Shown here: positions 53,690 through 64,000 of the stretch, in pieces
Layout: the number at the start of each line of letters is the position of its first letter
Numbering within the stretch: position 1 is the stretch's first letter
NCBI RefSeq assembly: GCF_001194135.2
Contig: NC_068991.1
Coordinates: 23,221,521 to 23,285,520, forward strand
DNA: 64,000 nucleotides
Direction of reading: 5' to 3'
Source of the DNA: Octopus bimaculoides
Taxonomy: Eukaryota
Position numbers and translations under genes: made by a program
The notes under the pieces: model-generated
The model's database searches: none
Told to the model about the DNA's origin: nothing
The model's input: only the letters and a program-made list of their open reading frames with translations

Positions 53690-53905
53690 TAAGGCAGCGA
53701 GCTGGCAGAAATGTTAGCATGCCAGGTGAAATGCTTAGCAGTATTTCATCTGCCTTTATGCTCTGAGTTCAAATTCTGCCGAGGTCAACTTTGCCTTTCA
53801 TCCTTTCAGGGTTGATAAATTAAGCACTAGTTGCGTACTAGGGTTGATCTAATTGATTGATCCCCTCCCAAAAAATTTTGGGCCTTGCGCCTAGAGTAGA
53901 AAAGA
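53690..53905 (+). mobile_element. Meta-domain-like SINE
   Basis: gcgagctggcagaaatgttagc head; gtcaactttgcctttcatcctttc centre. Confidence 0.8.
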
Positions 53906-54482
53906 TTGTTGTAACTGAGAGTATATTCTATTAGTTATAATCTACGTGGGAGGCTTTAAATATGAAATAAAAGAAGAAAATGTGGATCTACAAAGGAAAG
54001 ATAAAAAGATATGAAAATACTGTGAATATAATAATTTAATTAAGTGAGCTCACATAATGTCTAAACTATGTTAGTGATAAACAGAAGTAATTGCTTTACT
54101 GCACTTAGACCTGTGGTAAAACTTCACTGATTTAAAAAATTCTTGGACACATGTAGAGAAGGCTTCATGTTGCTTGTTTAATAATAGTGCAGGATTATGT
54201 GACAGGATTTGTAAAGATTCCCTCAAACACAGCCAACAGGGAACATGCTGACTTTGATATGGAGGATCTGAGACCAAACTATGATATGTGGTATATATTT
54301 TTTTCTAAAGTAATGTATATGTTCTACAAGAGAAGTAGATTTACTATGTTTTTCATGTTTAAAAGAGTTTAAATGTTCAGACTAGCAGTACCTTTGTTTA
54401 AAATCAACAGTAGCTCCAATATAAGTCTTGGTAGAGTTTTGAAGTTTTGAGATTATATATATATATATATATACATATATAT

Positions 54483-54953
54483 ATTACATGAAAAAATGCT
54501 AGCATGAAAAGTAATATTCTTAAGATTATAAAGCTAGAAAAGTACAGGACAAGCTATTACTTCTAGTAAAGTAAAGAATAAGAAACTTTTTACTTGAAAT
54601 ATTGCAGCAAAGAATGCCAGTTCTAATTTATCACTCTTTACAGTTCTCATCTTTTAAATTTATTGTACAAAACTGTTCAGCTAATTTGTCACTTTTTTCT
54701 GTATTTAAGGTAGTAAATTAGCCAAATTCTACTCAGATAAGTATAGTATTATTTGTAAACTATAATAAAATAATTTTTGATATTCAGATTTTAATTTTAG
54801 CTGCAATATTTTAAGTAAAAGTTTCTTATTCTTTACTTTACTAGAAGTAATAGCTTGTCCTATACTTTTCCAGGTGTAATAACTTGTCCTGTACTTTTCC
54901 AGGTTTATAATCTTAAGAATATTACTTTTCATGCTCGCATTTTTCCATGTAAT
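54483..54953. repeat. Long inverted repeat / fold-back element
   Basis: 54483-54608 versus 54800-54953; the right arm carries an extra ~30-bp tandem duplication. Confidence 0.85.
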
Positions 54954-56400
54954 CCATGATTTTTCCAGGCATTGCTATTATAAGTTAGTTAATAATGTGT
55001 CAATTAATAATTTAATATTTTAACTTATAAAATACTGAAAGATAATATTTCAATTTTTTCCATGTAAGTGATGATAATATTTCAATTTTTTCCATGTTTA
55101 ATTTAAATATATGTTGTGATTGAATTATTTGATATTACCCATCCACACAAAATTAATGACGGAATTTTACCATCTTGTTGGTTGTACCATGTCTCACGAA
55201 AAGTAACAAACAACACGACCCCAAAACCATCAGTTACCAGGCTAATCTTAAGTAACCTAGGTTTTGAGTTTAGTGATAGTAGCACTGACTGCTGCTAATC
55301 TAGATCTATCAATAATTATTCACTACAACAGTTATTATAAAAGCATATCAGATATACAAAAGTTAAAATTACCTACATCCCATTAATATAAATTTGATTT
55401 ATGAAAAATTCCTTTTAATTAATTTTGAAATTTAAAATGTAAATTTAGAATATAAGCACTTTTAACCATTGCCTTTTCTGGACAGCCTTACTACATGCCT
55501 TCAGGTCTGCCCATAGAGACACAGCCAAAAATGACTATATTCCTGCCCCAATAAATTTAGATGCATATATCTGAAGCATATAACACATAAATGAACTAGC
55601 CTGATTAAATAATTAACTAAAAAGAAAAGGAAAGCAACTACAAAGGAAAAGCAAAAAAAGCTGAAAGAGAAAATTAATAATAAAAGTTAAACTTACTCTA
55701 ATTCAACAGCATATTAAAAATAACTTCATTAAACACTTAATTAAAAACAAAATATATGAAAGGTAAAGTCAACCTCAGTAGAATTTGAACTCTGCTAACT
55801 CACCATGTTAGAATGTAAGCATTCATTTTAGAAATATATTCTTATCTTATAACATTATTGCTTGGCGTGTTACTTACTTCCTCATTTACTGACTTGAAAT
55901 TTCAAGACACTACACCGCATAACTTTTTTCTACTAATTTTTGCTCAATGCGACTAACGATTCTGAATTCATAATGCATTTTTCTATCATTTAAGCCTAAG
56001 AAAAGAATACTTTTATTTTAAAATAAAAAAAATGTATGTTAATTGAAGATGAATAGGTGCCTTACTGCCCACCTTTAGATCCTACATATTTTGATGTAAC
56101 TTTTTTTCTACTGAACCAAATCTCAAACTATTTATGCCAAAGTGTAGCTGAGGAAGTGTCCTCTTTAAAACTGTTAATAGTTTCCAATTTAGTTGGGAAC
56201 TGAATTAGTGGTGAAGCTTGGAAGCTGCTGTGGTTTACGAAATGGTGGACTTAAGAATGTATTCAACCGCTACTATGGTTGAATGATGATGATATATATA
56301 TATTGATAATAATGGTAAGACAACAAAAGAATGATAGAGACCTCGATATATGTAATTAGAGGAATTTATCTGTAAATATAATATGTAACAATTATTCGGT

Positions 56401-56431
<31 letters not shown>

Positions 56432-56811
56432 ATAAATAGTACAGAATGGGACAAGGACGCAAAACATCCAGACAGTTAGGTGATACAAGAAAGGGACAAA
56501 ACATACAAATAGACGATACAAAGAAAACACGGACAGGTCTTTCGGAGTTTTCTCTCTTCAGTCAAGATCTAGATCATCCTTGCAATTCTGGCTGGTTATT
56601 CTCGATATTGCTCCAATCTGGCCAGCCCCAAAGAAAAACTAAGCTAAGAGCATTAGATTCCTTGAAAGAAAGCAGCAAATGTGTACAAAAACAAGGATGG
56701 AAAAAAACGAACAATGTTACACAAATACAATAAAAATAATAAAACAGGACATAACAACAGATGTCTTTTGACTAAGGACGAATTAAATTAAGCTGGCGTG
56801 TGTGGAAATAT

Positions 56812-56852
<41 letters not shown>

Positions 56853-57059
56853 CAAATCTGTAATTATATTTTGCATGTTATTGTCACCTGTTGTAGACTT
56901 GAACTACTTCAGACAGGATTAAAGAAAATAATAAAGGCAGTTGGCTTCTCATGCATAAATGAATATATACAACATGGTTGAAACTTTACAAAAAGAAGTC
57001 TTCCTGTTTCTGTCTTTTTCTTTTTTCTTACTTTTTATAATAACTCAACAAGTAAGTTA

Positions 57060-57560
57060 TAAATATTCTGAACTTATCTCCATGTTTCATGAACTCACAT
57101 GTTTATTGAATTTGTATTCATATGAACCAACTATATGGTTGTTTGTTCTGCTTGAAATAGTATCCAAATCTAACCACAGATTCACACCCTTGGAACAGTT
57201 GTATTTATGGATTCTGGGTCAAAACAATATACACAGCTTTGTACAACTGTTTCTTAGAGATTGTATAGAAAATGGAATAGCAAAATGGATGAGAAAAGTA
57301 AAAACAGTGTTTACATGAAAGGACAAAGAAAAGATAGAGGAAGTCAGTAATTATAGATCTATTACATGCTTATCATTCCCCTTGGAAATTATTAACTAGC
57401 TTCATAGCAGATAAAGCATGTAGCTTTCAGAAAGAAAATCTATTGCTAGAGGAGCAAAAGGGAAACAGAAAGAAGTCCAGGAGACTGTGGATTTACTGCT
57501 TATTGTTAGCATGATGTAATGGTTTGAACTTTGGATCACCAAAATATAATGGTTATATGT
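57060..57560 (+). mobile_element. Old R4-like non-LTR RT fragment
   Basis: NYRSITCLSFPWKLL and EQKG motifs. Confidence 0.55.
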
Positions 57561-58037
57561 AATTGAAGGCTCTAACAGATGTAGTAGTATAGACACAGTG
57601 GTGATTGGTATAAATAGCAAGTAGATAAAGGTTAAATCATTTTTATTTACCGTTACAATACTCACAACTGATCTGACTTGTTAAGACTGTTTCTGTTGTC
57701 CATCTTATAGGTTGCTATGCTCAATGTAGTTTACTACTTCATGGCCAAAGGGAAAAGAAAGAGAGAGAAAGTAAGAAGATTTACTTCTCTGGATTGCTGA
57801 ATTGAAATGGTAAGAGAAACATGTGATAGCCATGAATCAAGAGAGTGAGGTGTTGTCTCTCTGCAGACATAAGTGTTGTGAACATAAAGCAGGGGTATAC
57901 TCTGCCAAAGTGCCAGGTAAAAAGAGGAAAAATTCTATTTAGTGTTCTGTGTTTATAATAATTTCCAACCTAAGGTAGGTCAGGGGAACAAATGATCTTT
58001 CACGAGTTATCTAGGTTGAACTACATTTCACTACATA

Positions 58038-59308
58038 CAGGGGTTGGACAAAATAATGGAAACACCTAGCATCATAATTTTGAAGTATCTTTAAAACAGT
58101 CAAAAGCTTGTTTATTTTTATGTTTTTTGATTTATCATTAGTGTTGCTTAATATGTTTTGCTAAAATTGCTGTTTCTTTTCAGATATCAGAAAAAGGTAA
58201 TTAAAATTCATTAAAATCACAGATCTATCAGACTTTCAAAGAGGTCAAATTGTTGGTGCTCATATGACAGGTGCTAGCACAAAGAAAACAGCTGAAATAT
58301 TTGGTGTATCAAGAAGTACTGTTTGAAAGTAATGACAGCCTTTGAGAAAGAAGGAAAAACCTCCTCATCAAAACAAAACTCCAGAAGAAAACCAAAACTT
58401 TCAGATAGGGACTGCCAGACTCTTATGCGAATCGTTAGAAAGGATCACAAAAGTATAGCTCCTAAAATTACTGCAGAGCTTAATTACCACCTCAAGAACC
58501 CAGTTTCCACAAAAACTGTTCACCGGGAGCTGTACAAAGCTGGATTTCACAGGAAGGCTGCAATCAGAAAACCACTACTTTCAAAAACAAACATTGCAAA
58601 GCGTTTAGAGTGGAGTAAAAACCTACAGAATTGATCCCTAGAGCAATGGAAGAAACTTATTTTCTTGAATGAGTCATCTTTTACTCTATTTTCGACCACC
58701 GGCCGAGTATACGTGCGGAGACAGCCAAAGAAAAAAAAAGCATTTGACCCAGACTGCCTTCTTCCAACTGTTAAACATGGAGGAGGATCTGTGATGATCT
58801 GGGGGTGGGGGCTATATCTTTGAAATCCACTGGCCCAATGGTTTCCCTTCATAGCAGAATTAATAGTCACGACTATTTAAGCATTTTCTGATCAAATTCA
58901 TCCCATGGTTACATGACTGTTTCTGGAGGGAAATGCTATCTTTCAGGATGAAAATGCACCAATTCATGCAAATAAAGTTGTTACTGAATGGCATGAGGAA
59001 CATTCTAGTAAAATTGAACATCTTATCTAGCCACCACAGTCCCCAGATATCAATAGTATTGAACATTTATGGTGCACTTTAGAAAAATATGTTAGGAGTC
59101 GATATCCCCCACCATCATCACTACAAGAACTGGAGACTGTTTTAGCTGAAGAATGGACAAATATTCCTTTGGAAACAATTCAATCTTTGTACAAGTCCAT
59201 ATCATGTAGAATTCAAGTTGTAATTACTAGCAAAGGCAGTCCTACCCCATATTAAAATTAATGTGTTTGAAATTTTTAAGGTGTTTCCATTATTTTGTCC
59301 AACCCCTG
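58038..59308 (+). mobile_element. Full-length dead Tc1-type element with DD36E spacing (Incomer-like)
   Basis: Perfect 30-bp TIRs CAGGGGTTGGACAAAATAATGGAAACACCT; TA TSD; transposase with paired-HTH, GGGSVMIWG and SPDINSIE, interrupted by stops and frameshifts. Confidence 0.92.
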
Positions 59309-59349
59309 TACATTAAGGAAATGGATAAGGCTTATCTATGTTGAACAGA

Positions 59350-59860
59350 GTTTTATGCAAAATTGTCATAAAGTTAACTGTTGACTATCATAAATCTCTA
59401 AGAATATTTTCAAAGAACAAAGGAAAGAAGCTAGCAGAAGCATTTAGGTTGCAGTTTCAATTCCTGGGTGAAAAATCTAGGGACTAATTGTTTTAATGAT
59501 GTTAAATGAGATATTAACAAGAAAGAACTTAACTGCTGGTTGGATGGACTAAAAGAAAATTTATGATAATGTTCCACACTGCTGGCTCTTGGAGTACCAG
59601 GTAATACTCAGAATCAATGAAAAAGATAAACAGCTCTTTTAGAAAAAACAATGGGATTGTAGGAAACAGAAATAGCATATGCAAATGAATCATTAGGAAA
59701 CATGAAAATATGCTTGGAGACATTCCAGGGAGACTCACTCTCTCCTTTACTTTTCATCATTGCATTATTCCTTCTGATAAGTATACTGAAAAATATCCAG
59801 GCTTGCTTATAAATTTACCAAAACCAGGATAAAAATCACTCAGCTGTTATATGTGTGGAC
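59350..59860 (+). mobile_element. Old R4-like RT fragment
   Basis: KNLTAGWMD*KKIYDNVPH and FQGDSLSPLLFII. Confidence 0.7.
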
Positions 59861-59921
59861 AACATGCCCAGCAAAATAAGCAGTGAGTTTTCATATAATA
59901 ATAATAATAATAATAATAATA

Positions 59922-62150
59922 AAAGTGAAGGAAATCAGCAAAAAAATGGGTAACTAGAAGGCCCTGGGACCAGATGGAGTTCAAAGCTACTAGATCAAAA
60001 GATTTGGTGAATGTCATGCACAAATAGCTGCACAACTCAACACTTTGTTAAATGCCAACCAAGTAACACCAGAGTGGTTGACAATGGGTAGGACAGTGCT
60101 GTGCTTGGTAAACATTGAAAACAGCAATATGGTTGACAATTACAGGCCGATATCTTGCTTGCCACTTATGTGGAAATTATTGACTGGAATAGTCAGAGTC
60201 AATGAGCAGAAGGGTTGAAAGCATAAGTGCAGGGGTACCAAGGATCAACTCCTGGTAGAAAAAACTGTACTTAGAGACTGCAAGAGGAGTAAAACTAACT
60301 TAGTCATGTCATGGATTGATTATCGTAAGGCGTACGATATGATCTCACATTCTTGGATTAGATTATGAAATGTATGAACCTATTTGATATTGCATCGAAT
60401 TTTAAGCGATTGCTTGGAAAAAATATGGCAAAATGGAGGACAGAACTGACAGCATATGGAAGAAGTTTAGGGACAACAGAAATCAGGAGAAGCATCTTCT
60501 AAGGGGACTGCTGTCCCCACTGATCTTTGTACTGTGCATAATACCAGTAACACTGATTCTGAGGAAAGCAAAGGCTGGGTATGTATTCAAAAGCCACCAA
60601 CAAAAAGTCAATTACTTGTTATTCATGGATGACCGCAAACTTTATGAATCCCAAGTCAGTTCCCTTGTTAATACGGTGTATACATTCAGTGCTGATCTCA
60701 TAATGGAGTTTGGACTAAAAAGGTGTGTTGTGTTAGACTCGAAGAGAGGCAAAATCAAATGTATGGACTGGCTAAGAATACCATTGGGGAAAGTTATGAA
60801 GCAGATAGAAGAAACAGGCTATAAGTATTTGGGAATATTGGAAATGGATAAAGTGATGGAGAAAGAAATGACAGAAAAATCTAAGGTGGAGTACTTGCAC
60901 AGACTGAGACTGATCCTTAAGTTGAAATTAAATGGACGGAATAAGATTGAAGCTACCAATAACTGGGCAGTTTCACTACTTAGATATGGAGCAGGGGTAA
61001 CTGCATGGACAGTAGACGAACTAAACAACTTAGACAGAAAACAAGGAAGTTGCTGACTAGATATGGGATATTCCACCCCAAAAGTGACACTGAAAGACTA
61101 TATGTACCAAGAAAAAGAGGGGGGAGAGGACTTACTGGATGCGAACACAGCATTAGAGCAGAAGAAAACAACATAGCATGGTATGTAAAAAGTGCCACAG
61201 TACCACTATTATTGGAAGTAAGAAGGTCAGGCTTGTGTAGGATGGAAGATTGCAAAGATAAAGCACTGTACAAGGACTTGAGAATGAATGAAACTGAAAA
61301 TAGGTGGACAAAGAAAAGAATGCATGGGTAATTTCATAGGAATGTTGAAGATAAGACAGACATAGAAAAAAGATGGCTATGGATGACAAAGTGATTTAAA
61401 ACCATAAACAGAGACTCCAATTTAGGCTGCCCAAGAGCAACCATTAAGAACCAATTACATCAAAAACAGAATAGACAACACATCAGAAAGTGATAAGTGC
61501 AGAATATGTGGACAAAATTGAGAAACCGTATGACATATTACCAGTCAATGTATGCCACTAGCCCAGAAAAAATATAAGAGATGCCATGACAATATAGCAA
61601 GGAATGTCCATTGGGCACTTTACAACAAGCATGGACCTGACAGAACAAAAAAGTGGTACGAACACAAACCCGAAGGCATCATCGAAAATGATAATGCAAA
61701 GATTCTATGGGATTTTATGATTCAGTGTGAACATGCGATAGAGAATAGGAATCCAGACATAGTGTTAATTGAGAAAGAAAGCAAATGATGCTGAATCATA
61801 GATATAGCATGCCCTGCTGACAACAAGGTATGTGATAAGGAAGTAAGAAAAGTCAATAGATATGACAGGTTAGCTTGAGAGGTTAAGCAGTTGTGGTTGC
61901 TGAAAAAAGTGGTAGTAGTACCAATAACTGTCAGAGCCCTGGAAAGAGTAAATAAAAATCTTGAGAAGTACATGAAACAAATAGAGGCTGCAATAAGTGT
62001 GGAACACTTTGCAGAAAACAGCACTGCTTGGAACTGCTTGAATACTCCGGATGGTGCTCAAAAATAAGGGGTGTTACCTTAGTTCACTTGTAGTGAACAG
62101 CTGGCACCATAGTACATCACCAGCATTAGAAGCTATGCAAAGACAATAAA
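59922..62150 (+). mobile_element. 5'-truncated R4/Dong-like non-LTR retrotransposon (RT, CCHC, restriction-like endonuclease), inactivated
   Basis: [40 protein letters not shown]2-C-X8-H-X4-C, HDNIAR, PDIV..IIDIACP; (TAA)n at both ends. Confidence 0.88.
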
Positions 62151-62174
62151 TAATAATAATTATTATTATTATTA

Positions 62175-63620
62175 CTAGTACATGACCAGTCGATAAGGAA
62201 AAAACAATGCTATGTTTAGAATAACATTTCAATTTAATTCAACTATTGCTTGAGAAATACACAAAAGATATAATTTGATAATATATTTACATATTCTTAT
62301 TTATGCAAATACTTTACAAAATCAGTAATAAAATAACAAAGAAAATATTAAACAAATCTGTACTTTCTAGACAGGCAGCTTATCAATATTTACACTATTT
62401 CCGTGTAGACAACATTACGCGTAAGTTTTCTTATATTTTCATTATGACGTGTACTTGCTCCTGATCTGGTAAATTCTTTTTGACCAGCAAATATCTTAAG
62501 ATTCACTGGATCCCCAACTCTACTAAGAACGATATATAACAGGCCATGACTAAATACGGATGCAGGCATGTAGATGCCACACTTAGAAAGGCTTTGTGCT
62601 TGACTTTTGTTTATAAACATCGTGAAAGCAGATCTCACTGGAAATTGGCGTCTTTTCAAAGTAAAGGGCAAATCGGTATCAGATGATTGCAGAATAATGC
62701 AGGGAATCAAAAGTATGCATCCTGCATCAACACTACTTATTTTACTTGCAGTGATCATATTACCTGACACTGATAACACTCTATAACATGCGCCATTACA
62801 GTGCCCATTTCTCTGATATAAGTTTCTTAGCAACATTATAGGAACACCCATTTTTAATTTGATAATGTGAGGTGGCATGCCACTTATATTAAGAGAATTC
62901 AGAAATTCAGGAGGATAGGGTGCAGGTTGTTGATCTTCTGCAACAGAATCAATACTCCTCAGAGTATATGTCTCACCAGGAAATTTCTGGATTATGTGGT
63001 TATTTAGATTGTCAACTTCTTCATTCTTTGTTGTTAATATTGCTCATGATGATAACCATTTGGCATTGTTAAAATTAACCTCTAAATCTTCATATGGTTG
63101 ATCAAATCCTCGTTGCTGTTGACTTGAAATTGCTGAGGAATCTCTATTACATCATCATATAATTGTCTTTGAACAATGGGGATTCATCTATCACCAACTT
63201 GCAATAACCAAACAGAATGATATGCCAGTCGAGCTTGAGAGGTGGTATCATTATTGCTAAGACAGTTTTGCACTCTCACATTAGTGGTGAGATGAAGTAC
63301 TTTGCATTTGTGCAAATTACAGATTTTTTCAAACATGCTCCAATTAGAGAAGGCCTTTGTGCTCTTTGAACCACTGGAAGAATTTGATGGAAATCACCGC
63401 CAAAGATCAAATCGTTGTTCATTATATCCTTCAGTATTCGATTCAGCACTTCAAATAGATAACGATGACACATGGGTACCCTTGCCCCAAACAATCAAGA
63501 GTGCACCGAGTTTTTTGCCCATGACTTGGTGACAGTTTATCATGGATAGTGGGTATAAATCAAATTTTAAATATTCCTCTGAATATTGACGATCTTTTTT
63601 TACTTGAATCAAGCACGAAG
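62175..63620 (-). mobile_element. Helitron relic (PIF1-type helicase C-terminus and 3' end)
   Basis: GGDFHQILPVV, PPHIIKLKMGVPIMLLRNL, NG, RRQFPVR..INKSQ..VFSHGLLY..LSRV, TRNVVY; terminal CTAG followed by T at 62178-62174. Confidence 0.88.
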
Positions 63621-63873
63621 AGATTTCAGTTCAAGGAAATTTTTTCAACAATTTCTTCAAAAAGATTTCAGTATAAACTTTCAGAAAATATGCTCAAAAA
63701 GAAACAAAAAATATTCTGTGAATCTTCTCAGATGCAAAAGCCTTTGTATCAGCCTTTTTGCTGAATTCACAAACTAACTGGTGGGAATAAAATGACCTGT
63801 TAATTTTTATCTCTGTTCATCTATATACATGTGTATGTGTGTATACATGTGTTACCAGTATCATAAATCTTTA

Positions 63874-63911
<38 letters not shown>

Positions 63912-64000
63912 TTCACTGGTGCTACCGCTTACATCCACTCCATTTCACGCCATTCAGTTCTTTCATCCCTCTCCCCCAACACCATTTATTGCCATACCCT

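Noticed and set aside
55878-55995. Strong acceptor/donor pair on the - strand (118 nt)
   Set aside because: All three frames contain stops; it could only be non-coding and there is no other support.
56525-56570. Third hammerhead-like motif on the - strand (ctgaagagagaaaactccgaaagacc)
   Set aside because: No valid NUH triplet or stem I could be built.

Overview
AT-rich, microsatellite-laden animal genomic DNA with six N gaps. The SINE/retroposon families resemble ones I recall from octopus, so a cephalopod source is likely but not verified here. Two spliced housekeeping genes lie tail-to-tail. (1) ERLEC1/XTP3-B, an ER lectin with two MRH domains, on the + strand: 12 phase-compatible coding exons at 3906-26650 (1215 nt, 405 codons); the N-terminal exon lies outside the window and the last exon is mostly hidden in the gap at 30241-30250. 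(2) TRMT61A, the tRNA m1A58 methyltransferase catalytic subunit, on the - strand: complete 3-exon CDS, 38181->34460, 341 aa. The rest is decayed mobile DNA: several tRNA-derived SINE families with shuffled modules (many with intact TSDs), RTE, Tx1/L1-like and R4/Dong-like LINE relics, mariner relics, a full-length dead Tc1-type element with DD36E spacing, hAT- and piggyBac-like MITEs, and a Helitron helicase relic. Most listed ORFs are microsatellite, N-run or repeat artefacts. The most notable observation is a ~260-bp element at 42965-43223 (-) joining a tRNA-like Pol III head to a minimal type I hammerhead ribozyme motif of the Penelope/retrozyme kind. All alignments, identities and folds were done by eye; no database search was run.
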